30,286 nt of DNA from Promethearchaeia archaeon (GTDB lineage: Archaea; Asgardarchaeota; Lokiarchaeia; Sigyniarchaeales; SOKP01): positions 1 to 30,286 of the forward strand of contig JAWOCD010000108.1 of assembly GCA_046483985.1 (NCBI GenBank). The letters run 5' to 3'. The position numbers and the translations under genes are program-made. This document shows, in pieces, positions 9,115 through 18,272 of the stretch. Every line of letters starts with the position of its first letter. Position 1 is the first letter of the stretch. The notes under the pieces were generated by a model that did no database searches, was not told the DNA's origin, and saw only the letters and a program-made list of their open reading frames with translations.

Positions 9115-10533
9115 GTGAGACCCGTGGATCAAAATCAACAAAAAGAAAAAGGTAAATTCAACAAGAGATATCCGCTGCGGATAATCGCGTCCTATGAGCT
9201 TGGTATGCTAATTTGGATGATGATGAATCAGATTTTTGTGCAGCAAACACAATATTATTACCAAAATGTAATAGGATTAGGAGCCGGGCTTATTGCTTTG
9301 GCTTTTATCATCTATACTATCTTTAATATGTTTAACGATCCTATAATTGGACATTTCTCGGATAAATCTACCCGTTTTCGCGAAAAATGGGGAAAACGAT
9401 TTCCATTTATCATGATGGGGATAATCCCGTTCTCTTTCACCTTAATTTTTATATTTGGAGCGCCTAAAGTCAGTCAAGTCGGTCCGTTAGCTGTATTCTT
9501 TTGGTTACTCTTTTTTATATGTATGTATGATCTCTTCTTTAGCATATTTGATGTTAATCACGGAGCTTTATTCCCCGAAAAATTCAGAAATGATAAAGAT
9601 AGGAAACTGGCAGGGATGGTAGATACCATCTTGGAAACTATTGGTATTTTGCTTGGAATCGTTGTACCAATAATCATTATTGATTCAGTGGGTGGATGGC
9701 TTGGGTATTTTATTCAAGGAATTATCATTTCTATCGTTTGCTTCGTATTTGCCCTCCTTATGATTCCAGGGGTTAAAGAAGATCCAGAAGTGAAAGAGCG
9801 CTATGCGGAAAAAGAGACTCAAGAATCTATTGAGTTCTTCACGGGGATGAAATCTGCCATAAAGGACAAAAATTTAATTGGATTCATGTGTCTTTACACT
9901 GCATATGCAACCACCATGGGTATTCTTATTGCATCTGTTCCCTACTTCGTGGACGATATTTTACACTTGCCAAAGACTGGAGAATTGGTCTTGATTGCTT
10001 ATTTGGTTGCTGTACCTATAACAGCTGGCATATGGTATAAACTTTCGTTTAAAATTGGAATAAAAAACGTTACCCTTATTGGTGCTATCATTCTCTCCTC
10101 TATGGGGTTACCTCTATTATTTGTACCCGCGGACCCCAGCGGATTAGCCCTTTTTTTGATTGTATTATTTTTGGCGGGATTAGTAGATGGAGCAATAATT
10201 AGCATGAAATTTCCGGTATTTTCTAGTATTGTCGATGTGGCAACTATTGAGTCAGAGAAACATGAAGAAGGGTTATACAAGGGGATCTTTACCTTTTTTC
10301 AGAGACTGGGTATTACCATCCGAGTTGTTATTTTTTGGATAGTCCAAGCACTCAGCGGATATGACCCTACCACTCCGAATACTTCAGCAGAATTATGTGG
10401 ATTACGTATTCAAGTTTCTATAATCCCTATGATTATTATGTTCTTTGGAATTGTTATTTTCTGGAGATTTTATCAAATCTCTCGCTCAGATTTAGAGAAA
10501 AATTTAGAGGAATTGGACAAGATGGGTTTATGA
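9115..10533 (+). CDS. MFS transporter, glycoside-pentoside-hexuronide (MelB/GPH) family
   Basis: About 12 TM helices; NDPIIGHFSDK, WGKRFPF, ALFPE, EGLYKGIFTFF. Confidence 0.88.
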   Translation: MRPVDQNQQKEKGKFNKRYPLRIIASYELGMLIWMMMNQIFVQQTQYYYQNVIGLGAGLIALAFIIYTIFNMFNDPIIGHFSDKSTRFREKWGKRFPFIMMGIIPFSFTLIFIFGAPKVSQVGPLAVFFWLLFFICMYDLFFSIFDVNHGALFPEKFRNDKDRKLAGMVDTILETIGILLGIVVPIIIIDSVGGWLGYFIQGIIISIVCFVFALLMIPGVKEDPEVKERYAEKETQESIEFFTGMKSAIKDKNLIGFMCLYTAYATTMGILIASVPYFVDDILHLPKTGELVLIAYLVAVPITAGIWYKLSFKIGIKNVTLIGAIILSSMGLPLLFVPADPSGLALFLIVLFLAGLVDGAIISMKFPVFSSIVDVATIESEKHEEGLYKGIFTFFQRLGITIRVVIFWIVQALSGYDPTTPNTSAELCGLRIQVSIIPMIIMFFGIVIFWRFYQISRSDLEKNLEELDKMGL

Positions 10534-10629
10534 GTTATTAGATTTTTATATCTTACAATATTGATTAAATTCTATGGTAAGTAAACAAGTCTAAGAGTAT
10601 TTCAGAAGAAAAACCTTGGTTTCTCCAAC

Positions 10630-11763
10630 CTAAAATAAGGATTTTCGTTTTTTAAATTTATGCAACCGTTTGAGCGCGTTCAATTTTTTCTTCTTTTCGA
10701 GCCGAGCCTGATCTATCGCTTCTTCAAGTAGATATGCGCATTTCTCCATTCGTTCTAAATTCACGGGATAGGGAATTCCATCTTTTCCTCCTACGGCAAA
10801 AGAATATTTTGCGGGATCCTTCCAACTTGCTGGAGTACCCCAGATGAATTCTGAAATTAAAGCTAAAGCACGAATCATCCCAGGACCTATCCCCTTGACT
10901 TTGAGCAGATTAGTATAATCGTTAACCCCAAATTCCTTTGCAAAATCTAATTTATCCCACTGAAGGCGAAAGGGCACGGGCATATCCAAATGTGGAATTT
11001 TATTAACCTGCCGTTTTTGTTCTTGCACAGCAAAATCCATTATAGTTTTCTGATTGGGATCTTTTAGTCGGTTTAAATACTGCTTTATCCTCCTAGAACC
11101 ATCTGCCACCAAATCAAGGGATACTTTTCGACAATTCTCACTTTTATGACTTGCCATATTCAGTGATTTTTCTCGCAATAATTCGGTGGCAATATCTTCA
11201 TGGGGATTATTGAGAAAATCGGGTACTCCTTCTGAAATCCAGTGATATCTTCTGGCTTTATGAATGCTGTCGTCTAATCCTTGTTGGATCACTGCCCAAT
11301 TATGTTCTGATACGATCATGAGGTGATGATAAAGAGAAAAACCATCTTGTAAGGCAGCATTATCTACTTTTGCCACAAGTCGGCTTAGTTCGGAAAATTC
11401 TTGGATATTGTCTTCATTATAATCTAATGTTTTCCCCTGCTCCAGTAAATGCTCTTTTACTTTCGTCGAATTTTTGCCTTTACCGCCCGCTACAATAAGA
11501 TCAAATTCCTCTGGATCGATAATCTGTTTTAAAATCCCTCCAAGCACCGTAGTACAACCGCTCGAATGCCAATCAAATCCTAAAATACAAGCTAATCCTT
11601 GGAACCAATAGGTATCTGAAAGTCTTTTTAAAATCCCTTTGGGACCTTCCATATCATAAAGAATCTTAAATATGGGCTTCCCTAAGGTTAACATTCGCTT
11701 GATGAGCCACATAGGTGCTTTTGCACTATGTAAAGGTAATGTAGCGATTCCAACTTTACTCAT
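10630..11763 (-). CDS. DUF763 family protein
   Basis: LPLH-x3-P-x-WL, WFQGLACILGFDWHSSG, AKVDNAALQDGF, WAVIQQG, ARRYHW, HhH-like KGIGP, DPAKYSFAVGGKDGIPYPV. Confidence 0.88.
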   Translation of the reverse strand: MSKVGIATLPLHSAKAPMWLIKRMLTLGKPIFKILYDMEGPKGILKRLSDTYWFQGLACILGFDWHSSGCTTVLGGILKQIIDPEEFDLIVAGGKGKNSTKVKEHLLEQGKTLDYNEDNIQEFSELSRLVAKVDNAALQDGFSLYHHLMIVSEHNWAVIQQGLDDSIHKARRYHWISEGVPDFLNNPHEDIATELLREKSLNMASHKSENCRKVSLDLVADGSRRIKQYLNRLKDPNQKTIMDFAVQEQKRQVNKIPHLDMPVPFRLQWDKLDFAKEFGVNDYTNLLKVKGIGPGMIRALALISEFIWGTPASWKDPAKYSFAVGGKDGIPYPVNLERMEKCAYLLEEAIDQARLEKKKKLNALKRLHKFKKRKSLF

Positions 11764-11983
11764 TCGGTCTTCACGGAATTAAATTTCTATAATTATACAA
11801 TAATTATACCATTATATCCATTATATTTAAAACAGAGAAGGGAAGGAATTTTTAATATTTTAAAAAATAAACAATTTGCCTTCCATTTGGACCTTTCAAG
11901 ATTTTATTTGGCAGCATTTCAACCCTCATGTTTTTAGAACAATTTTATTATTCTTTTTAGCGCAATTTCTTAATTTTCTTAAA

Positions 11984-12143
11984 AGATGTCGGCTTGGCGC
12001 CGATTTAAATGCTGCCTGTAATATTGCCAGAGCGCATCCACAAGCAGCTTATATAAAAGTCGTTAGTGTGTTCCGTCTGTCGTTTAACTCGATCGTCATT
12101 TAGCGATCCTCTGAGGATCTGTCGCACTTGTCCTGATATGTCA
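11984..12143 (+). pseudogene. tnpB: tnpB 3' remnant (RuvC-III motif) plus a downstream hairpin
   Basis: The frame encodes RCRLG-ADLNAACNIAR, matching the TnpB C-terminal xADxNAAxNI motif. It is followed by the hairpin GATCCT-CTG-AGGATC. The upstream part of the ORF is AT-rich and not TnpB-like. Confidence 0.6.
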
Positions 12144-12197
12144 TAGATTTTTTCTGACTGTGAAAAATTTATTAGCATTCAGCTCAAAGGTTAATTA

Positions 12198-14105
12198 ATG
12201 AATATAACAAAAATTAACCGAACTATTTTTATTTGTTTGATAATATCTCCATTACTTATTCTCTCTTGCACGGGATACGTAAATTCTAATGTGAATGCTG
12301 AGGAAAGCGAAGGTTTTCAATCCTACGAGCATGATTTAAAACAAGGTTTTATCAATGAATCTGCGGACGATCGGGAAATCTTTTATTGGATTCAAGTTTC
12401 GGACATTCACCTCGATATGTCAGAGAAAGGAAAGGAAACTCGAGATAATTTTAAGAGCTTTTGTAACGAGACCATCCCAGAAATTTCGCCAGGTTTTGTC
12501 ATTTCTTCTGGAGATAACGTAAATGGCCCATTAAATAACTCTGAGAGACCAAAACAACATTACGAAAGCGAAGAGGAACATCAATTCTTTCACAATACCT
12601 TGGAAGATAATGGATTAAACTCATCCTTTTATTATTCGAGTATTGGGAATCACGAGACCTATAACCTCGGAACGGATAGGAGCTTATTTAAGGAGTATAT
12701 ACGAAATAGCACTAAATATTATTTCGATGTAGATGCTCCGAGCGGCACATATCGGTTTGTTTCTTTAGATACTACTCAAAATGTGGGACTGGGAAACCCC
12801 TTTGACTATTGGGGCGAGATGAAGAGCAATAGGTTAAATGAGATCGAAACACTCATCGAAGAGTCTCCGGAAACCATCGATCAACTCGTCTTCTTTGGTC
12901 ACCATCCAATTCATCATATATATTCTGGGCGTTCTGATTCGGGAAAAACATTCAAGGATTTAATTGCGGAAAGTGATGCGGCAACTTATCTATGCGGACA
13001 TACACATACCAAAAATACCTATTGGAATCATGGTGACTTTACGGAATTAGTAAGCCCCGCTTTTACAAATGGGGGACATTTTCGCATTCTTGCCATTGAT
13101 AACGGATTACATTCTTTTTCGGAACAGATTACGGGAGAATGGCCTGCGATAGTGATTACCAATCCGGTTTCGAACCTCTTTTACAATGAACAGGCTGACT
13201 TTAGTAGTATGGTAAACGGCGATGAGATCCGTGCCCTTATATTCGATTCAAATCCAATTACAGAGGCTTATGTTGAGATTGATGGAGATCGGATCGGGGA
13301 AATGACTAATCAAAGTGATAACTTGTGGACACTTTCCTATGACACCGAGAAATACAATTCTGGGGATCATAATCTTAAAGTGGTTGCAAAATCGGAGAGT
13401 GGGGAATTAAGTCAATCTATAACGTTTAATCTTGATGATTTTGCTCCTGTTCAAACGGATGGCATGACTAAATATCTTATCGGTGTAAATATATTTATAC
13501 TCTTATCTGTATTGCTGGCGATTTGCTTTCTTTTGCTTTATTCTTTTTCCCTCTTTCCGAAATTGTATTATTATTCCAGCGAAAAGAGGCAAGAAGCACT
13601 TTCTGAGATAAACGTGGAAGATTTCGATGATAAGGGATTTATCCAACGCCATTTCCACAAGAAATGGGTTGAAGCAGCGAAACTACCCACCGCCTCATGG
13701 TTGGCACTGGTCCTACCTCCTGCCTATCTATTACTCGGTCCGATATTTATTGGGCCGTTCGTGAATTCTACATGGGGCACTTTATGGCTTTATGGCTTTT
13801 CCATTTTAGGGAGACATGTGCTTGATTTTTATTCGCTAATTTGGTCTGCTGGGTTCCTTATATTGTTTGGCATTGTCGAAGGATTTACCATTCGAGGAAA
13901 TCAACCACATCCATCTAAATGGCGCTATGTACCCATGATCTTTTACTTCCTGGCATGGATTGCGGTGATTTGGTTTTATTCTGGGTACTTTACATTGCCA
14001 GTGATGTTGGTCAATCCGATGATACTCATTTCATTTGGAGTTGGGATTTTTCTAATTTGGCAATCAAGGAAGAACCATTCCCGAGAAGGGTCAAAACGTG
14101 GATAG
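12198..14105 (+). CDS. TMEM62-like membrane-anchored calcineurin-like metallophosphoesterase (signal/TM + MPP + Ig-like + multi-TM C-terminus)
   Basis: MPP motifs SDIH, SGD, GNHE, GHHP and CGHTH; then FRILAID, WPAIVITNP, IRALIF, VEIDG, GDHNLKVVA, followed by 5-6 TM helices. Confidence 0.85.
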   Translation: MNITKINRTIFICLIISPLLILSCTGYVNSNVNAEESEGFQSYEHDLKQGFINESADDREIFYWIQVSDIHLDMSEKGKETRDNFKSFCNETIPEISPGFVISSGDNVNGPLNNSERPKQHYESEEEHQFFHNTLEDNGLNSSFYYSSIGNHETYNLGTDRSLFKEYIRNSTKYYFDVDAPSGTYRFVSLDTTQNVGLGNPFDYWGEMKSNRLNEIETLIEESPETIDQLVFFGHHPIHHIYSGRSDSGKTFKDLIAESDAATYLCGHTHTKNTYWNHGDFTELVSPAFTNGGHFRILAIDNGLHSFSEQITGEWPAIVITNPVSNLFYNEQADFSSMVNGDEIRALIFDSNPITEAYVEIDGDRIGEMTNQSDNLWTLSYDTEKYNSGDHNLKVVAKSESGELSQSITFNLDDFAPVQTDGMTKYLIGVNIFILLSVLLAICFLLLYSFSLFPKLYYYSSEKRQEALSEINVEDFDDKGFIQRHFHKKWVEAAKLPTASWLALVLPPAYLLLGPIFIGPFVNSTWGTLWLYGFSILGRHVLDFYSLIWSAGFLILFGIVEGFTIRGNQPHPSKWRYVPMIFYFLAWIAVIWFYSGYFTLPVMLVNPMILISFGVGIFLIWQSRKNHSREGSKRG

Positions 14106-14121
14106 TTATCATCTAATAATA

Positions 14122-14180
14122 TTTTTAGTTTTATTTTTTATTTTTTTATTTTTTTATTTTTTTATTTTTTTTATTTTTTA
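14122..14180 (+). terminator. Tandem (T5-8 A)n T-tract array; likely an archaeal oligo-U terminator
   Basis: About 8 consecutive T-runs separated by single A, directly after the stop of 12198..14105. Confidence 0.6.
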
Positions 14181-14247
14181 ATCTGTGGAGCCTATTACCG
14201 CTTATAAACTTATGACAGAAGGAGTTAAACAGACGATCTAAAAAGTA

Positions 14248-14388
14248 TTATGAAAAAATATTTTTATTAAGAGAATTAATGAAATCCTTACACTCTTCTC
14301 TAAGAATTTTTACATGTTTTCTGTTTTTTTCGATGAACTTATCGCCCTTGGTAAAAGAATGTATATTTACTTTTGGAAATGAAGGCAT
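14248..14388 (-). pseudogene. 46-aa ORF, probably the truncated 5' end of a gene (acyl-CoA dehydrogenase-like N-terminus is a guess)
   Basis: MPSFPKVNIHSFTKGDKFIEKNRKHVKILREECKDFINSLNKNIFS*. It has a TATA-like element (minus strand AAAGATTTAAATA near 14468-14480) and a palindromic operator upstream. Below the ORF-track size cutoff. Confidence 0.45.
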
Positions 14389-14423
14389 TTTGATTCAATT
14401 TTTACTAGTTTAAATTTTAATGA

Positions 14424-14447
14424 ATGAATGAATGATCATTCATTCAT
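14424..14447. promoter_or_regulatory. 24-bp perfect palindrome, candidate TetR/FadR operator
   Basis: ATGAATGAATGATCATTCATTCAT. The core ATGAAT-N4-ATTCAT recurs at 18181-18196. About 220 bp from the tetR gene. Confidence 0.75.
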
Positions 14448-14668
14448 ATTATAATATTTTCCCTTTGTATTTAAATCTTTAGTATTGGATAATTCGAAAA
14501 AAGAGGGTAGGGAAAGCACAAAAAGAAAAGTCTAACTTCTGTAATCTTCTCTTTTTCTCAGATATCCCCCACATCTGTGTTATATGTGGCTGGACGGCTT
14601 TAAAGCTTTCAAAGATTTGTGATTCGGAAGCCTAATTAACAAAAAATTAGTTATTTGGGGGAAAGATA

Positions 14669-15271
14669 TTATTTCATTGTGGCAGATACGAGGAAATATA
14701 CGAGATTGTCAATCAAATCATCTTTATTTATTTCTCTTGATGTAATCCACCAATGAAAGGCTTCGAGAATAGATGAGACCCATAATCTAGCGGTAAGTCG
14801 AGTATTTTGCTCTCTGCCCAAACCTGAATCTATTACTCGCTTTATGATTTTCTCCACTTCGGTCGTAAAGTTGGCTTGATATTTGTTCTTAAGGTCATTA
14901 TATTTTTTACTAATACCTCCCATTTGTTCCATATAAATTAAGAAAATTTGCTCCTTTTCTTTAAACATTTCCATGTAACTCCTAAATAGGTCCCTGATCG
15001 CTTCGAGAGGAGGGATTTGGTGATTATCTAAAGTCTTTAACTTTTTCATCATTAATTTATATAATTGAGTGATTAATTCTTCGAATATACTCTCTTTACT
15101 TTCAAAATATCGGTAAAAGTTACCAACTGAGGTATCTGCTTTGCTCGTGATGTCTTTTACCCGCGTGTCATGGAACCCTTGCTTCTCGAAAACCTTAACT
15201 GCAGACATTAAATAGAGTTCCTTTTTTTGCTTTCGTATTCGTTTATTCCGCTTTTCTCTTTTTGATGTCAT
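14669..15271 (-). CDS. TetR/AcrR family transcriptional regulator
   Basis: N-terminal HTH: SAVKVFEKQGFHDTRVKDITSKADTSVGNFYRYFESKE. Confidence 0.93.
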   Translation of the reverse strand: MTSKREKRNKRIRKQKKELYLMSAVKVFEKQGFHDTRVKDITSKADTSVGNFYRYFESKESIFEELITQLYKLMMKKLKTLDNHQIPPLEAIRDLFRSYMEMFKEKEQIFLIYMEQMGGISKKYNDLKNKYQANFTTEVEKIIKRVIDSGLGREQNTRLTARLWVSSILEAFHWWITSREINKDDLIDNLVYFLVSATMK

Positions 15272-15334
15272 AATTCACTATGAAAAAACATATGATGATA
15301 TTTGAAAATTAAGAAAAAAATTTGAAACTCGGAT

Positions 15335-17347
15335 TTATCCAATAATGAGGCTCTGATCATAGAACCCAGTGATTCTGTCCTCGACGACCAGAAATTCTTT
15401 ACTATTTTCATAGAGCTTATCGATCCACTCGCTTAAATCTTCGCAAATTTGTTCCCTTTTAAATTTATAGGTCGGCGTAATATAATCTTCTTCTTGACAG
15501 AAGTCTTTACAACTGATCAGGAATTTTTTGGGTACCGAATAATCCGACACATTTTCACATAAGTCGTGGATTTCTTTTTTGATTTGCTGTTGAATTTCCT
15601 CATTCTTGACAAGGTCCTCCCATGTGTCGTACTCAATATCCTGTTCTTCAGCATATTCCTTGAAGGGTTCTTGATATGGGACTACAATACCCGTGAGATA
15701 TTTTCGTGTATCGTCGCCTACTAACATGAATTGGGCTACCTTCTTTGACACCGGAACGACCAATCCTTCGACCGCTGCGGGTGAGATCATCTTGCCGGTT
15801 TGAAGTTTAATGACTACCTTAGCCCTTCCTGTAATTTTAACATACCCATTCTCATCAATCTCTGCTAAGTCGCCGGTATGCAGCCATCCATCATCATCGA
15901 GTGCGGCATTAGTTAACTTGGCTTTCTTCCAGTATCCCTTCATAACCATAGGACCTCGAATTAGTAATTCGCCCTCGTCTGAGAGTTTCTGTTCCACTGG
16001 TTCATAAGGATTATCTTCTATATCAATTGTGGGTCCAATACTACCTAGTTGCGTATATTCATTCACTTTGTTATCGGTTTTTGGATGATAATTTGAATTA
16101 TGCTCTGTTCGTAATAAATGCGTGACTGGGGCGGCTTCGGTCAACCCATAACCTTCTATAAGATTGAACTTAAACATATTAAAGAAGACTAGGAGATCTT
16201 GTGCAATCGCTGCTGACCCTGAAATCATTAATTTAAGTTTTCCGCCGAAATTTTTCTTTAAAATTCGATATATTACATTTCTGATAAGTCCAAATTTTAT
16301 TCTTAATCCTAATGGTGGTTTTTCTCCTTTCACCTTATATTGAGCCCATTTTCTTCCCATCTCCTCCGCATTGTCAAAGATATCTTGGACTTTACCAGGG
16401 TAATCTTCTACTTCTTGCTGCACAATGTTATAGATCTTTTGAAAGAGATAAGGGATTCCTACAATGATGGTGGGATGAAATGTTTCCATCGCCTTTCGTA
16501 TCTTTTCTGGGTTAAGTTCTTCCACGATATCCATAGTAGCGCCGATATAAAGACAGCAGTATTCATTTACTGTTCTGCCGAATGAATGTGCAAACGGTAA
16601 GAGAGCTAACATATCCATTTCCCATGGCTTTTCTTTTTCCCTAAGAGTGGCAGTCACGGAGATAGAAAGATAAGCATCGGAAAGGAAATTCTTATGGGTG
16701 AGCATGACCCCTTTCGGAACCCCGGTCGTACCCGAGGTATAAATCAAACTCGCCATGTCATCCTCTTCGATGTTTTTTATATGATTCTCTAACTTATCAT
16801 CTTCGCTCTCAGGTAAATAAAGCATTCCTTTATTGATTAACTCCTCAAAAGGGATTAAATAATCCCTTTCCAAAGATCTATCGAAATCGTCAAAGACAAT
16901 AATATGACTCAGATGAGGCAAATTCTCTTCAATAGAAAGGATTTTCCTTAAGTTTTCTTCTGTGTCCACGAAAATTGCCCTTGCTTCAGAATCTTTCAAG
17001 ATATATTCCATTTCTTTCGGCTTGAGTGAGGGATATATTGCAACATTGACCGCTCCCAGGGCTTGGATACCAAGATCTGTCCAGACCCATTCTGGACGAG
17101 TTTCAGCGCAGAGTGCAATATGATCTGATTTGGAATAACCCAATCTGCACAAGCCGCCATAGATCCATCTCATCTTTTTACCCAGTTCCTTATACGTGAG
17201 AGACTCTACATTATATTCATCATCCATAAACCACTTCATGGCGTCCTTTTTTCCGTGATCATCAATAGTTCCCAAGACCATTTCGGGAATATTGGTATAC
17301 CTTTTTATCGAAAAATATTTGTTATAATTCTTATATACTTCAGACAT
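15335..17347 (-). CDS. fadD: Long-chain fatty acid-CoA ligase (AMP-binding)
   Basis: IYTSGTTGVPKGVMLTH, EGYGLTE, GELLIRGPMVMKGYW, GWLHTGDL, ITGRAK, ITPTYKFKR. Confidence 0.9.
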   Translation of the reverse strand: MSEVYKNYNKYFSIKRYTNIPEMVLGTIDDHGKKDAMKWFMDDEYNVESLTYKELGKKMRWIYGGLCRLGYSKSDHIALCAETRPEWVWTDLGIQALGAVNVAIYPSLKPKEMEYILKDSEARAIFVDTEENLRKILSIEENLPHLSHIIVFDDFDRSLERDYLIPFEELINKGMLYLPESEDDKLENHIKNIEEDDMASLIYTSGTTGVPKGVMLTHKNFLSDAYLSISVTATLREKEKPWEMDMLALLPFAHSFGRTVNEYCCLYIGATMDIVEELNPEKIRKAMETFHPTIIVGIPYLFQKIYNIVQQEVEDYPGKVQDIFDNAEEMGRKWAQYKVKGEKPPLGLRIKFGLIRNVIYRILKKNFGGKLKLMISGSAAIAQDLLVFFNMFKFNLIEGYGLTEAAPVTHLLRTEHNSNYHPKTDNKVNEYTQLGSIGPTIDIEDNPYEPVEQKLSDEGELLIRGPMVMKGYWKKAKLTNAALDDDGWLHTGDLAEIDENGYVKITGRAKVVIKLQTGKMISPAAVEGLVVPVSKKVAQFMLVGDDTRKYLTGIVVPYQEPFKEYAEEQDIEYDTWEDLVKNEEIQQQIKKEIHDLCENVSDYSVPKKFLISCKDFCQEEDYITPTYKFKREQICEDLSEWIDKLYENSKEFLVVEDRITGFYDQSLIIG

Positions 17348-17422
17348 CTAATTTTAAACCTTTTCACTATTAATTATTTTAACTTTCACATATCTAATTT
17401 TCAGAATTTTAGGGGTATTGAG

Positions 17423-18133
17423 TTAGGTGCTCTTTACACCATAATACAAGAGGAAAGCACATGCTATCATCCCTAATCGCACTATAAACAAAACTCCTGA
17501 GGGGGCAAACAATGAATCGAAAATGGCTACTATAATGAATAAGTTAAAACTGGAGGACAAATACAAAAATTTCTTGCGAATAACCCCTATAGATTTTTTA
17601 GCCATAATCAATGTTCCCAATCCGCAGAGGAAAAATACAAAAGCCAAAAACACTCCAATTAAAATAAATGACACAGACCCGTATACGAAATTAGTATCTA
17701 TTAAATTTTGTCCGGAATTTCCGGGATGAAACTCAAAGACTTTTGAAGTATTTGTAAAGAGAAAGAATTCGAAAATAATTCCAAAAATTGATATTGCAGT
17801 TAGTAAGATTTTCTTCCTTTTTAAAACCATTAATTCTGCACCTAAATACACAGCGCAAAATGACGCAGGAAAAACCCATATATAGCTCAAAAGCCCATAC
17901 AATTCCATAGAATATAAATTATTACCGGTCATCAAAATTGTAAAAAAATCAATGGCGGGCCCTAACCAGAGCAATCCAGCGAATAACCCCATTAATGCTG
18001 CAAATGTTAGTACTGTGGATTTTTCTTTTATTGACTTTATGAGTACCGCGATTGCAAATACAACAGAAAATATTACAACTAATGCAGCGGTTCCACCATT
18101 TAACCACCCATTTACCGTAAGCATTATCTTCAC
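17423..18133 (-). CDS. Standalone seven-TM membrane protein of unknown function
   Basis: Seven hydrophobic segments in 236 aa, no soluble catalytic domain. The start may be ATG 18124. Confidence 0.75.
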   Translation of the reverse strand: MKIMLTVNGWLNGGTAALVVIFSVVFAIAVLIKSIKEKSTVLTFAALMGLFAGLLWLGPAIDFFTILMTGNNLYSMELYGLLSYIWVFPASFCAVYLGAELMVLKRKKILLTAISIFGIIFEFFLFTNTSKVFEFHPGNSGQNLIDTNFVYGSVSFILIGVFLAFVFFLCGLGTLIMAKKSIGVIRKKFLYLSSSFNLFIIVAIFDSLFAPSGVLFIVRLGMIACAFLLYYGVKST

Positions 18134-18180
18134 CTAATAATGAGCATACGTTTTCCTTTTTTAAAAGATTTCTTACTAAA

Positions 18181-18196
18181 ATGAATCTTCATTCAT
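18181..18196. promoter_or_regulatory. Second ATGAAT-N4-ATTCAT operator, upstream of the 7TM-fadD-tetR cluster
   Basis: ATGAAT-CTTC-ATTCAT, about 50 bp upstream of the 7TM gene start. Confidence 0.6.
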
Positions 18197-18272
18197 TCTT
18201 TAATTTATTTATTTTTTTAAATATTTATAAATGTTTTGTTTTATCTACAAACCTTTTCCCAAAATAATATTT

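Noticed and set aside
11876-12103. 75-aa track ORF as an intact gene
   Set aside because: TTG start and a low-complexity AT-rich first half; only the tnpB-like motif region looks meaningful.
14122-14180. Tandem repeat as a CRISPR array or functional microsatellite
   Set aside because: It consists only of T-runs with no spacers and is best explained as a terminator. No CRISPR array or cas gene was seen in the window.
14560-14650. Short hairpins downstream of tetR (CCACAT...ATGTGG; CTAATT...AATTAG) as an ncRNA
   Set aside because: The stems are only 6 bp and match no RNA family I recognise.
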